DNA of 64,000 nucleotides from Candidatus Eremiobacteria bacterium (lineage in GTDB: Bacteria; Vulcanimicrobiota; Vulcanimicrobiia; Vulcanimicrobiales; Vulcanimicrobiaceae). Shown one piece after another: positions 1 through 10,031 of this stretch (position 1 is the stretch's first letter; each line of letters opens with the position of its first letter). A program made the position numbers and the translations under genes. Below the pieces are notes generated by a model. That model did not search any database. It was not told the origin of the DNA and saw nothing but the letters and a program-made list of their open reading frames with translations. The DNA lies in assembly GCA_963737065.1 (NCBI GenBank), contig CAVTRC010000001.1, forward strand, positions 928,001-992,000, in the 5' to 3' direction.

Positions 1-1330
1 TGCCGTACATATCGACGCCCTTCGCACGGCAGAACAACAGCCCCTGATCGTCGCGCTGCGTCAACATGTAGTCCGTCAAGCGGACGACGAGATCGAGCCG
101 CTGGCGCACCCATTCCTCGTCGAGCGTGGCGTTGTAATAGTGGAGCATCGCGATCAAGTGCAGCGGTGTATCGTCGTTGATGTTTAAGTCGTACGCCGTT
201 TTGTAGCCGCTGACGCCGCGGATGTATTCGATCATCAGCCCCGAGTCTTCGATGGCGTTATTGAACACCTCGAGGCAATCGCGGCTGAAGCGCGGCCAAA
301 AGTAGTCGAAGCCGTGGACGAACCACGACGTATCGCGCGACACGAGAATATCGGAAGGCGGCGAATTCGTCGATCCCCAGCCGTGCGGATAATCCTTGAC
401 GATGCGGATCATATTCGCCTTCGCCCACACGACGCCGCGGTTGATCGTCGGAAACGGCGTCATGAATCGCGCGTCGGCAAGGCGGTTTGCGTAGTAGCGC
501 TGCGTATCGTGCAGCGTTCGTTTGTCGGCGAGAAGCCGCTCGAGAACGGGTCGGCTCTTCTCGCGTCCGTCCTTGTGATACACCACCGCAAGGCGAAGCG
601 ATTCGCGCGCACCCGGTGCAACGGTCAAACGGTATTCAAACGCGCCGAAGATGCGCCGGCTCACGAAACGCGCAAGCTCGGGCGTTACATGGCCGAAACC
701 GGGGACGTCCTGCGGAATCAACGTTCCGCGGCCCATATTCGCGAGCAGCACTTGCTCGCGTAACGAGAGCTCGCAGCCGATCGGCTTGCGCGATCCGCCC
801 CACCAGCGCTCGGCTCCGGTCTCCGCGTTTTTCGAGCAAATGTACGGGCCGTCGCTCCATGCTTCGACCTCGTGTTCCGGCTCGCCGTAAAACCGTTGCC
901 CCACAAGCATTGCCCACGGAAAAATCGAAACGTCGAGCGATGCGCGGCCGGGATTATAGAGGGTGACGTCGACGACGAAACAGACCGTGCGCTCGAACTC
1001 CGGACCGAACGGCACGTAGAATGCTTCCGTTACGTGAATGCGGTGTTCGAGCGTAAATTCCGAGATTTGGGCGTACGGAAGAAACGTGAACTCGCGCGTA
1101 ATTTGGTGGGGAAAAAGTGTTTGCTCGCCGCCGCGGACGCGATAGGCAATTTGGTGCGTACCGAAGATGATTTGATCGGTATCCGCGTCCCACAGACCCC
1201 GTACGCCGCCTTTTGCGGTCGATTGTGCGAACGTTTTGTAGTTCCCGAGCAGCAGCCCGTACGGCGTTTGCGTTTCGGGAACCACGTACGCACAATATTC
1301 ATTCCGCTGCGCGTCGTAACTTGGCCCCAT
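1..1330 (-). CDS. Glycoside hydrolase, six-hairpin/amylo-alpha-1,6-glucosidase-like; 3' end runs off the window
   Basis: Not in ORF track because it is open at the edge. Manual translation from ATG at 1330 (MGPSYDAQRNEY...) through ...SRDTSWFVHGFDYFWP...NDDTPLHLIAMLHYYNATLDEEW...LTQRDDQGLL, typical of (alpha/alpha)6 glycosidases. Confidence 0.65.
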   Translation of the reverse strand, partial: MGPSYDAQRNEYCAYVVPETQTPYGLLLGNYKTFAQSTAKGGVRGLWDADTDQIIFGTHQIAYRVRGGEQTLFPHQITREFTFLPYAQISEFTLEHRIHVTEAFYVPFGPEFERTVCFVVDVTLYNPGRASLDVSIFPWAMLVGQRFYGEPEHEVEAWSDGPYICSKNAETGAERWWGGSRKPIGCELSLREQVLLANMGRGTLIPQDVPGFGHVTPELARFVSRRIFGAFEYRLTVAPGARESLRLAVVYHKDGREKSRPVLERLLADKRTLHDTQRYYANRLADARFMTPFPTINRGVVWAKANMIRIVKDYPHGWGSTNSPPSDILVSRDTSWFVHGFDYFWPRFSRDCLEVFNNAIEDSGLMIEYIRGVSGYKTAYDLNINDDTPLHLIAMLHYYNATLDEEWVRQRLDLVVRLTDYMLTQRDDQGLLFCRAKGVDMYG

Positions 1331-1450
1331 GCGCTGGCTCTACGCCTTCGGGTTCGGCGCCCCTCTTGAGCTTCGCCACTCTGCGTTGAACGCAGCAGAT
1401 AACAAGCGCCCAAGGAACGGCCCGCCGGGACCGGAAACGCGCTGCTTCGG

Positions 1451-2308
1451 ATGACTATTGCGTGCCCTGCAAAGATCAATCTCACGCTGGAAGTACTCGA
1501 CCGCCGTGCAGACGGCTACCACACGATTCGTACCGTGATGGTCCCGCTCGAGCTCGCGGACGAACTGAAGATTTACCCGTCGGCGGCGTTCACGTTCCGT
1601 TGCAGCGATCCGCACATTGAAACGCATGATAACCTTGCGGTTCGCGCCGCGCGCGCGGTCGCATCGAAGCTCGATGTCGCGCTCGAGCTCGACAAGCATA
1701 TTCCGATGCAAGCCGGACTCGGCGGTGGATCGAGCGATGCAGCGGGCGTACTGCTTGCCGCGACGCGAGGAACGTTTGGTGCAGTGGACGCAGATTGGAT
1801 CGCGGTCGCGCGCGAGCTCGGGTCGGATGTGCCGTTTTTTCTCGTCGAGTCGGGCGCGCTCGTAGAAGGCACGGGTGAACGCGTCACCGCGATCGGCGCG
1901 CTCCCGCCCTGGCACGTCTTGATCGTCAAGCCGCCGACCGGCGTTTCGACCGCGGCCGCATACGCGCAATTGGATCTAAGGCCGCGACGGTCGCGACCGC
2001 GCTCCACGTCGGTATCGCTCGAAATGGTGGCCGCAGTGCAGCGCGCCGACCTCGCACGCGTGCACGCGTTGCTTTGCAATGACTTCAGCGATGTCGTGAG
2101 CGACGCGGTGCCGGTCGTCGCGCAGGCGATCGACGCGCTCGTGCGCGCGGGCGCAACGCAGCCGCTCCTCACCGGTTCGGGCTCTGCCGCTTTCGCACTG
2201 GCCGAATCCGCGGAAGCGATTGCGTCGATCGCCGGACGTCTCGATCTTCCATTAGAATTCGTTCGCATTTCGACCGCATTACGAAGGAGCGCTACGTGGC
2301 GCGCGTAA
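1451..2308 (+). CDS. ispE: 4-diphosphocytidyl-2-C-methyl-D-erythritol kinase
   Basis: PAKINLTL, GYH, KHIPMQAGLGGGSSDAA, LGSDVPFF, TGSGS GHMP-kinase motifs. Confidence 0.95.
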   Translation: MTIACPAKINLTLEVLDRRADGYHTIRTVMVPLELADELKIYPSAAFTFRCSDPHIETHDNLAVRAARAVASKLDVALELDKHIPMQAGLGGGSSDAAGVLLAATRGTFGAVDADWIAVARELGSDVPFFLVESGALVEGTGERVTAIGALPPWHVLIVKPPTGVSTAAAYAQLDLRPRRSRPRSTSVSLEMVAAVQRADLARVHALLCNDFSDVVSDAVPVVAQAIDALVRAGATQPLLTGSGSAAFALAESAEAIASIAGRLDLPLEFVRISTALRRSATWRA

Positions 2309-3057
2309 CGGCGGTCGTGCTGGCGGGAGGACCGCCGGACGATGTCGCGCGTCTCGAGCCCGGCGCGCCGAACAAGGCGTTCGTTCACGTCGCCGGCGTA
2401 ACGTTGCTCGAACGAACGCTGCGGGCGCTACGAGCAGCCGATGCGGTCGATCGCATCATCGTCGTCGCGCCGAAAACGGCCGATGGCGACTCGGTTCTCG
2501 AGCTCGCGGACGAGCGGCGCGACGACGGCGACAAAATTCGGGTCAGTTTGCGCAACGGGCTCGCCGGTCTCCCGCCCGACGACATCGTGCTCGTCACAAC
2601 ATCGGACTTGCCGGTGCTTACCGCGCGAAGCGTCGACGACTTCGTCGAGCGCGCGCATCGCCTCGATCCGGATCTCGGCTACGGCTGCCTGGAACGGTCG
2701 GTGCACGAAGCCGCATATCCCAACGTGCCGCATACCTGGGCGCGCTTGCGTGACGGAACGTTCTGCGGCGGCGGACTGATTGCAGTGAAGCCGCGCGCGA
2801 TGCCGGAACTGGAGCGATTCATCGAACGGCTCGGCGCGGCGCGCAAGAACGTCGTTCGTTTGGCGTCGCTTTTCGGCTGGGATATGCTCGCGCGCTTCGT
2901 ATTCGGCCGGCTCTCGATCGCGCAAGCCGAGCAGCGCGCGTCCGATCTGCTTTGTGCGCGCGTGCGCGCAATCATTTCACCCTACGCGGAAACCGCCGTG
3001 AACGTCGATCGCGTCGGCGACGTCGCGCTCGCCGAAAACTTGCTAGGCAACGTTTAA
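2296..3057 (+). CDS. MobA-like NTP transferase family protein
   Basis: AVVLAGG...NKAF N-terminus, SDLP, terminal NVD motif. Confidence 0.75.
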   Translation: MARVTAVVLAGGPPDDVARLEPGAPNKAFVHVAGVTLLERTLRALRAADAVDRIIVVAPKTADGDSVLELADERRDDGDKIRVSLRNGLAGLPPDDIVLVTTSDLPVLTARSVDDFVERAHRLDPDLGYGCLERSVHEAAYPNVPHTWARLRDGTFCGGGLIAVKPRAMPELERFIERLGAARKNVVRLASLFGWDMLARFVFGRLSIAQAEQRASDLLCARVRAIISPYAETAVNVDRVGDVALAENLLGNV

Positions 3058-3617
3058 GGCGTGCGCCAGCGCTTGAATAGCTCGTTCTGAATGCCGAACT
3101 GATCGAGAGCTTTACCAACCGTGTGCGCGATGATATCGTCGACGCTCTGCGGCGCGGCGTACATCGCCGGAATCGGGGGAAGAATCACCGCGCCGATTTC
3201 CGCGAGTTGCGTGAGGGTACGCAGATGCCCCAAGTGAAGCGGCGTTTCACGCACGACCAAGACAAGCTTGCGCTTCTCTTTCAGGCAGACGTCCGCCGAA
3301 CGAGTGAGAAGGTTATCGTTCAATGAATATGCAATCGAGCTCGCGCTCTTCATCGAGCACGGGATTATCAGCATTCCTTCGGTGACAAACGATCCGCTCG
3401 AGATCGCCGCAGCCAGATCGTCGTCGCGATGCACGACATCCGCCAACGCTTCGAAGCCGTCGGCCTGCATATCCATCTCGAGTTCGATCGTACGTCGAGC
3501 GGCTTCGCTGATTACGAGGTGCGTTTCGACTCCGCCGATTGCACGCAGCGCTTGGAGCGTCATGTATCCGTACGCGCTGCCGCTCGCGCCGCTAATGCCG
3601 ACGATTATGCGTCGCAT
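3054..3617 (-). CDS. ubiX: Flavin prenyltransferase UbiX
   Basis: VGISGASG, ISSGSF, PCSMKS, RETPL, PPIPAMY motifs. Confidence 0.95.
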   Translation of the reverse strand: MRRIIVGISGASGSAYGYMTLQALRAIGGVETHLVISEAARRTIELEMDMQADGFEALADVVHRDDDLAAAISSGSFVTEGMLIIPCSMKSASSIAYSLNDNLLTRSADVCLKEKRKLVLVVRETPLHLGHLRTLTQLAEIGAVILPPIPAMYAAPQSVDDIIAHTVGKALDQFGIQNELFKRWRTP

Positions 3618-3691
3618 ACGGCCGCATTACACATTTTGTGCAGGGGCGCCTTGTGCCGCCCCGTACCATTGGGAAGACCAAAGCAACGATC

Positions 3692-4948
3692 GTGAACGCT
3701 AGTCTCGCTCGCGCATTTGCCGACGATCTGCACGCGTGGCAACGCACCGGAAACGATGCTGTGCTGGCGCGCGCGCTTCGTTCTCCCTGCTCGGGCGTGC
3801 CGCACGATACTGCGGCGGCGTACGCGACCGCCGCATCACGCATCGGCTCGTTGCTGGACGCGATCGCACGCTCGCGCATCGCCGTCCCCGCCGGCGAACG
3901 CGACGCGTTGATACGCTTTTCGGAACGCGTCCGCGCAATCACCGAAGAGACCGACGTTACCGCGCTCTTCGATTTGGATGTGAGGCCGGATTGCCGAAGC
4001 GAAGATGGAGATTCGGATTTCCAACTAGCTGACGCAGAGAGCGCGGATCCGCCCGGACCGGTTCGTGCGCGACAAAGTCATTTCAGCGCGTCGGCGCTCA
4101 ATGCGTATGCCGAATGCGCGCGGAAGTGGTACTACCGCTATGCGTGTGCCGCCGTGGAAGACCCCGGTTCATCAGCGTCGACGTACGGCACCGCATTTCA
4201 TGCTGCACTCGAAGATTTCCATGCCGAATTCCCTCGACCGTCGGCCGCCCTCGAACGCGAAATGCGTCAGAAGGTCGAGGGTTATGTCAACTGGGCGTTC
4301 GAGCGTTTTCGCGACGACTTCGATACAGCCGTTGAACTCGAGCTGCATAAACGGCGCGCGCAGCGCACCGCGCAACGTTACGTTGACTGGCTGATCGCGG
4401 AGTCGAAACGGGCGCCGTTTACGGTGATCGCGCGCGAAATCGCGGCGCAGCTCGATCTCGACGGGTTCGCGTTCGTCGGTTACATCGACCGCATAGACCG
4501 CGATGACGGCACAGGAAGCGTCGCGATTATCGATTATAAAACCGGATCTATTGCCACGAGCGCCGCCGAATATCGCGACAAGGTACGGCGATTCCGCGAA
4601 TTTCAGTTGCCGTTTTACTACTGGGCGCGCACGGCCGAAGGCGACCACGTTGCGCGCCTCGCGCTCGTTCCGCTCAGAGACGCGCTTCTCGACGTTGCAC
4701 CGGTCTCGCTCGAAGTCGTACCGGTCGCGTGCAGCGAAACGAACCGCACCGATGCACCGTCCGGAACGATCGCAATCGGCGACTTGGAGCTTGCGCGCGC
4801 GAAGATGATCGAGATTTGCCGGGATCTCACCTCCGGCACGATCCAGCGATTTCCGGTGACGACCGATGCATCGGCATGTACCTATTGCGCGTATGCATAT
4901 GCGTGTTCCGATAAACCGTACGACGAGCGCCAGCGGTTCGGCCGATGA
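3692..4948 (+). CDS. PD-(D/E)XK RecB/AddB-type nuclease with putative 4Fe-4S staple
   Basis: FSASALNAYAECARKWYY, GTAFH, GYIDRID, IIDYKTG, QLPFY, C-terminal CTYCAYAYAC; start uncertain (GTG 3692 chosen, track gives 3638). Confidence 0.85.
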   Translation: MNASLARAFADDLHAWQRTGNDAVLARALRSPCSGVPHDTAAAYATAASRIGSLLDAIARSRIAVPAGERDALIRFSERVRAITEETDVTALFDLDVRPDCRSEDGDSDFQLADAESADPPGPVRARQSHFSASALNAYAECARKWYYRYACAAVEDPGSSASTYGTAFHAALEDFHAEFPRPSAALEREMRQKVEGYVNWAFERFRDDFDTAVELELHKRRAQRTAQRYVDWLIAESKRAPFTVIAREIAAQLDLDGFAFVGYIDRIDRDDGTGSVAIIDYKTGSIATSAAEYRDKVRRFREFQLPFYYWARTAEGDHVARLALVPLRDALLDVAPVSLEVVPVACSETNRTDAPSGTIAIGDLELARAKMIEICRDLTSGTIQRFPVTTDASACTYCAYAYACSDKPYDERQRFGR

Positions 4949-7119
4949 CGGCGGCGCTCTTACTAGACGAGCAACGCGAAGCGGTCGATGCACCGTTTGG
5001 GCCGTCGCTCGCCATCACCGGCGCTCCGGGAACGGGAAAGACGTCGGCGCTTCGCGCGCGCGTCGCGCGTTTCGCCCGCGAGCATCCCGGCGAACCGTAT
5101 CTGCACGCCGAGCACCCGAACGACCTCGGCGCGCTTGCCGAACACGTCCTGCGCATCGTTGGAAATTCCGTCGCTATCATCGACGACGTCGAAGCGGAGT
5201 GGGTTTTTGCGCGCTGCGCTCAGCCGCTGTTCCACCTCGAATGGGACGAGCTCACGGCCGGTACGATCGATCCCGAAGTCCCCGGACTGCGCTCGCCGGA
5301 CCGTTTCTTAGTTGCCGCGTTCCGCCTCATTCGCAAGCTGCGCGATGCGGCGATCTCGCCGAGCGAGTTTCTCGACCGTTCCCTGCAGGGATCAACGTCG
5401 TTTTACGGCACCCCGCCGAATTTCGCACACCCCGATCTGATCTGTGCGACCAAGGACGCGTATCGCGACTCGCTCGACGTCTCGCCCGCAGAGTTGCAAC
5501 GCCAGTATCGCCGTGAAATCGACCTCGCGAAAGTGGTCGCGAAGCTGTACAAGACGTACGTCGGAGAAGTTCGAGCGTCACGCTTCATGACGCGCCGCGA
5601 CGCCATCGCAGAGGCTCTTGACGCGCTACGAGCCGACGGGCAGATTGCGGCTCGCGCGCGTTCGTTTGCGTCCGCCGCATTCATCGACGAAGCCGAAGAA
5701 TCGACCTTGGGAACACAGCTGATGCTTCGAGCGGTCTACGGTAACGATCTGCGCGGGGTTACGCTGGCCGGCGATGCGTCGTCGGCAACGAGCACGTTCA
5801 GCGGAGCGCGCCCGGATAGCGCCTTCAGCTCCGTTGCAACGAGCGTCATCCTTCGCCAACAGCACCGCAATCCGCTTGCCGTGGAACTCGCGTGCCGCCG
5901 GATCGCGCGCAATCAAGCAAAACTCGACGCGAAGGACGTCGATTGCGCCGTCGTGCTTCATCGTGCGAAATCGGAAGCGGATGAGGCGAAATATGTCGCT
6001 GATGCCGTTCGGACGCGTTTGGCGGCCGGAACACCGCCGCATGAGATCGCCGTCGTGTTCCGCTCCGTTGCGGACGTGCATGCATACGAAGAAGCGCTGC
6101 TCGACTGCAACGTCCCGGTAGCGGTCAGCGGCGACCTCAATATTTTCGCCGATCGCCGCGCGCTCGATGCGCTGGCCGTGCTATGGAACGTTTGGGATCC
6201 ATTCCGCCACGACTGGCTGATTCGTACGTTGCGCGGTCCCGTCTATGCGCTCTCCGATGCGTCGGTTGCAACGTTATGCGCCGAGCCGCCCGATGCCCAA
6301 GCCGCACTGTTCGCATTCGATGATGAGCCCGCACCAACCGCGCGTAGCGGCCGGTGGGATCCCAAGCGCGATCTTCGCTTCGGGTGGAACGTCACACGAG
6401 GCGATCAAGATGATGCCCTCAACCCAACCGCGCGTGCGCGCGTCCGTGCGTTTCGCGCCTCGCGCCAGCGATGGCTTACTGCATTGACGCAGATGCCGTT
6501 CGCCGCGTTCGTACGTGTTGTTTGGCGCGACGGTCTCGCTCGTGAGGGCGCCGCCGGTTCCGCGCGCGCGCTCGCGCAGCAATTGCTTCTTTCGCGTCTG
6601 CTTCGCCGGCTGAACGCATACGCAAACGCGCATCCCGATGCGACGCTCGGCGACGTTCTCGCCTACGCACGAGCCCGCAGCGAAAGCCTGCTCGAATCGT
6701 GTGAGGGCGACGGCGACCCGCGATACGTCAAGATGTTAAACGTCGACGCCGCCCGCGGCCGTTCGTTTGACTACGTCGTCGTGCCCGACGCGCGGGCCGG
6801 CTCGTTCCCGCGCTGGTACGTTCCCGATTCGTTTCTTTTCAGCCCGAAGATCGGCATGATTCCGAAAGAGAACGTCGGGGAAGCGCACGCAGCTCGTACG
6901 GCGAAGTTCAGCTACTACGTCTTTAAAGCAAAGGCACGCGAAGCGTACAACGACGAGGAGCGCCGAGCATTCGTGTACGCGCTTCGGCGCGCCCGGCGCG
7001 GCGTGCTGGTCAGCGCATCGGGCAAAGCGACGCGCGGAACGACCGCTCCGGAGTTTCTCGAAGAATTGCGAAACGCGCGCCTTCCCGGCGCGCTCGATGA
7101 CGTTGGAGAGAATCGATGA
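4945..7119 (+). CDS. UvrD/AddA-like superfamily 1 helicase with divergent motifs
   Basis: GAPGTGKTS Walker A, FIDEAEE, LAGD, QQHRN, EIAVVFRS, EERRAFVYALRRAR; ATGA overlap with upstream nuclease. Confidence 0.8.
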   Translation: MTAALLLDEQREAVDAPFGPSLAITGAPGTGKTSALRARVARFAREHPGEPYLHAEHPNDLGALAEHVLRIVGNSVAIIDDVEAEWVFARCAQPLFHLEWDELTAGTIDPEVPGLRSPDRFLVAAFRLIRKLRDAAISPSEFLDRSLQGSTSFYGTPPNFAHPDLICATKDAYRDSLDVSPAELQRQYRREIDLAKVVAKLYKTYVGEVRASRFMTRRDAIAEALDALRADGQIAARARSFASAAFIDEAEESTLGTQLMLRAVYGNDLRGVTLAGDASSATSTFSGARPDSAFSSVATSVILRQQHRNPLAVELACRRIARNQAKLDAKDVDCAVVLHRAKSEADEAKYVADAVRTRLAAGTPPHEIAVVFRSVADVHAYEEALLDCNVPVAVSGDLNIFADRRALDALAVLWNVWDPFRHDWLIRTLRGPVYALSDASVATLCAEPPDAQAALFAFDDEPAPTARSGRWDPKRDLRFGWNVTRGDQDDALNPTARARVRAFRASRQRWLTALTQMPFAAFVRVVWRDGLAREGAAGSARALAQQLLLSRLLRRLNAYANAHPDATLGDVLAYARARSESLLESCEGDGDPRYVKMLNVDAARGRSFDYVVVPDARAGSFPRWYVPDSFLFSPKIGMIPKENVGEAHAARTAKFSYYVFKAKAREAYNDEERRAFVYALRRARRGVLVSASGKATRGTTAPEFLEELRNARLPGALDDVGENR

Positions 7120-8075
7120 ATCTGGTCGCCCTCGACGCGCACACGTATGCGCGAGAGGTGCTGCCGCTCACGGCGGAAGTATGGGCCGGCAAACGCGATT
7201 TCGAGCGATATGTTTCGCAGAACCTCGAAATCGCGCAGAGCGGATACGGCCGGCGTCATTTCCGCACAATGGGATTGAGCGACGGACAGACGCTGCTTTC
7301 ATCGTTCAAGCGCTACGAACGCGGGATCCACATCGGCGCGCGGCGGTTACGCGCATTAGGAATCGGAGCGCTTTACACGCCGCCGGAGCTGCGTGGACGC
7401 GGCTACGCGAGCGCGATGATTGCGATGGCGATGGATCGCGCGCACGCCGACGGATACGATCTTGCATATTTATTCTCCGACATCCGGCCGCAGTTCTACG
7501 AAGAACTGGGATTCAAACAGCTCGCCTCGCGCGCCATTTCGCTGCGCGCCGATAATTTATCGAACGACCGCGTCGAAGTCGAACGTCTCGAGGAGCGTGA
7601 TTGGAGCGGCGTGCGCCGTTGCTTCGAGTTGCGCGACCGCACCCGTCCGTGGGCGTTCGTCCGCACGCCGCTCCTTTGGGAACTCATTCGCTTGCGCATC
7701 CGGCAAGGCTCCGAACACGGCGCCGGCGTTCAGACGAATCTCGTCGTACGACGCGGGCGCGCGATTGCGGCCTACGTTCTCGGCGTTCGCGCGCCGCAAC
7801 ACGACGCGTATCTGCTCGATGAGTTCGGCTTCGCCGATGCGCACGCGGCGGAACTCATCGGTCCGCTTTTGCGCAGCGCGGCGGGAGATTTACGGCGCGT
7901 CGCCGGCTGGCTTCCGCCCGAATTCGCCCGCGAGCGTCTGCCGAGAGCGTCCGTGCGGCGCCGGAACGAGGCGATCTTCATGGCCGCGGCCCTCTCACCC
8001 CTGGGCAAGAAATGGCTCAAATTCGCTTCTGCACCGTCGGCGGGCGACGGCGTTTGGAGTATGGATCATATCTAG
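7116..8075 (+). CDS. GNAT family N-acetyltransferase (Eis-like, tandem GNAT)
   Basis: GIGALYTPPELRGRGYAS acetyl-CoA motif, FYEELGF; ATGA overlap with helicase. Confidence 0.8.
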   Translation: MNLVALDAHTYAREVLPLTAEVWAGKRDFERYVSQNLEIAQSGYGRRHFRTMGLSDGQTLLSSFKRYERGIHIGARRLRALGIGALYTPPELRGRGYASAMIAMAMDRAHADGYDLAYLFSDIRPQFYEELGFKQLASRAISLRADNLSNDRVEVERLEERDWSGVRRCFELRDRTRPWAFVRTPLLWELIRLRIRQGSEHGAGVQTNLVVRRGRAIAAYVLGVRAPQHDAYLLDEFGFADAHAAELIGPLLRSAAGDLRRVAGWLPPEFARERLPRASVRRRNEAIFMAAALSPLGKKWLKFASAPSAGDGVWSMDHI

Positions 8076-8082
8076 CACGTTC

Positions 8083-9138
8083 TCATGAAGCGTCGAAAAG
8101 ACTGATCTGCTTCGCGTCGCCTTCGGTCAATGACGCGACGCGCAGGCCGAGCAGACGCACGGGCGCGCCATTGAGTTCCGCGCGCTTGAGGCAATAGATG
8201 GCCGCTCGAAAAATTCGACGGGCATCGCGAGTTGGTTCGGATAGATGCGTCTGTCGTCCGAAGACCCGAAAGTCCGCGCGCTTGATTTTGACACCGACCG
8301 TGGCCGCGCTGAGATTCTCGCGATCGAGTTTCGCGACAATATCCCGGGTTTGCGCTCGCAGCGCCGAGACGAGGTGCTTCTCATCGCGCACGTCATATTC
8401 GAACGTTTCTTCCGACGAAATCGACTTCGTTTCACGATCGGCTTCGACGGCGCGCCGGTCGACGCCGCGCGCAAGGTCGCGTACTTCGATTCCCCACGAG
8501 CCGAAGAGTTGCTTCAACGATGCATCGTCGAGCGCACCGACTTGACCGATCGTCGATATACCGAACGTTTCCAATCGTGACGCGGTTTTCGGGCCGATGC
8601 CCCACAGGCGGCCGGCTGGGAGCGGAGCGAGAAACGCTTCTTCTTCGCCGGGTGCAATCGCAAGGAGGCCGTTGGGTTTACAGCTGTCCGACGCGATTTT
8701 GGCGATCAGCTTGCCGGTCGCAATGCCCGCACTAATCGTCAGATGCGTCTGCGCAAACACTTCGTCGCGAATCTGCTGCGTCAAACTAACGGCGTCGTTG
8801 AGTTCCGTCTCGCCGAGGTCGACGAAGGCCTCATCCATAGAAAGTCCTTGCACTGCGTGTCCGCGCGAACCGAAAATTGCGAAGACTTGCCGGGAGACCA
8901 TCGTATATTTCGCCATGTCGGGTGGGACGACAACGAGCTGCGGGCACAGTTCGCGTGCCCGATAGAGTGGAAGAGCGGAGCGTACGCCGAACGGCCGCGC
9001 TTCATACGACGCGGTAAGGACCACCGCGCGGCGGTGGCTTCCGGCGACGGCGACCGGTTTTCCCGTGAGCGACGGATCGTCGCGCACTGCGACACTTGCG
9101 TAGAACGCATCGATGTCGAAGTGCGCGATGAAACGCAT
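8083..9138 (-). CDS. dinB: DNA polymerase IV (Y-family)
   Basis: HFDIDAFYASV, SYEARPFGVRS, SMDEAF, KLIAKIASD, WGIG; start reassigned to ATG 9138. Confidence 0.95.
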   Translation of the reverse strand: MRFIAHFDIDAFYASVAVRDDPSLTGKPVAVAGSHRRAVVLTASYEARPFGVRSALPLYRARELCPQLVVVPPDMAKYTMVSRQVFAIFGSRGHAVQGLSMDEAFVDLGETELNDAVSLTQQIRDEVFAQTHLTISAGIATGKLIAKIASDSCKPNGLLAIAPGEEEAFLAPLPAGRLWGIGPKTASRLETFGISTIGQVGALDDASLKQLFGSWGIEVRDLARGVDRRAVEADRETKSISSEETFEYDVRDEKHLVSALRAQTRDIVAKLDRENLSAATVGVKIKRADFRVFGRQTHLSEPTRDARRIFRAAIYCLKRAELNGAPVRLLGLRVASLTEGDAKQISLFDAS

Positions 9139-9146
9139 CGAAGCCG

Positions 9147-10004
9147 TTACCTCGTGCCGTTCGATCGAACCGCGTCGGCGATCGTCAAGATCGTCTTCAT
9201 GTTCCGGATATCGTCCGCATCCTCGCCCGGCGTCTCGAGTATCGCGACCTTCTCGTGCAGTTCGCGGTGCGCGAGGATCGCGCGAAAGCCTTCGAACCCG
9301 ATGACACCTTCGGCGACGTGATGGTGGCGGTCGCGCGCGCTGCCGAGCGGAACTTCCGTATCGTTGAAGTGAAAGACATGCAGGCGGTTGAGGCCGATGT
9401 ATTCTTGCGCCTGAGCGATAAACCGCTCGACCCCGGCGCCCGAATTGATCTCGTAACCCGCGGCCCACGCGTGAGCGGTGTCGAGACAAACGCCGAGTTG
9501 CGGATGATCGAGCGTTCGCATCAGCTCGCCAAGCTCTTCGAGCGTGCCGCCGGCCAAGTTTCCCGCACCGGCGGAATTTTCGATCACCAGATAAACGCCG
9601 GGATGAATCGACGCAAGCACCCCGTCGAGAACACGGCATATCGCGAGGAAACCTTCCTTGCGATCGCGTTTCCCGTACGAACCGAGATGCGTGTTGACGT
9701 AGCGAATCCCGCCGGCCGCAGCGGTCGCGAGATCGGCTTTCAACAGCGCGACCGATCCCGCAAGAACCTTCGGATCGTCGCTCGCAACGTTGATCAAGTA
9801 CGGCGTGTGAATCACGCAGGGATCGATCCCAGCCTCACGTCGCATCGACGCGAACGCATCGAGCGCCGGCTGGTCGATTTTACTCGGGCGATAGCTTCGC
9901 GGATTGCTCGAGAATATTTGGAGCGCGGTACATCCGGCGTTTTTCGCGTGCTCGATCGCTTTGGCGTATCCGCCGGAGACACGAACGTGGATCCCAATGC
10001 GCAT
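9147..10004 (-). CDS. nfo: Endonuclease IV (AP endonuclease)
   Basis: IGIHV, HTPYLIN, ENSAG, CLDTAH, HFND, DRH, ILETP. Confidence 0.95.
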   Translation of the reverse strand: MRIGIHVRVSGGYAKAIEHAKNAGCTALQIFSSNPRSYRPSKIDQPALDAFASMRREAGIDPCVIHTPYLINVASDDPKVLAGSVALLKADLATAAAGGIRYVNTHLGSYGKRDRKEGFLAICRVLDGVLASIHPGVYLVIENSAGAGNLAGGTLEELGELMRTLDHPQLGVCLDTAHAWAAGYEINSGAGVERFIAQAQEYIGLNRLHVFHFNDTEVPLGSARDRHHHVAEGVIGFEGFRAILAHRELHEKVAILETPGEDADDIRNMKTILTIADAVRSNGTR

Positions 10005-10031
10005 CAGCGTGTCCCGAGCCTTTTGCGAACG

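Noticed and set aside
3692..4948. Cas4 or CRISPR adaptation gene
   Set aside because: The Fe-S RecB-type nuclease is coupled to a UvrD-like helicase with no cas1/cas2 or array nearby; an AddB/AdnB-like reading fits better.
8083..9639. N-terminally extended DinB (518 aa)
   Set aside because: The extension overlaps nfo in another frame; DinB homology begins at ATG 9138.
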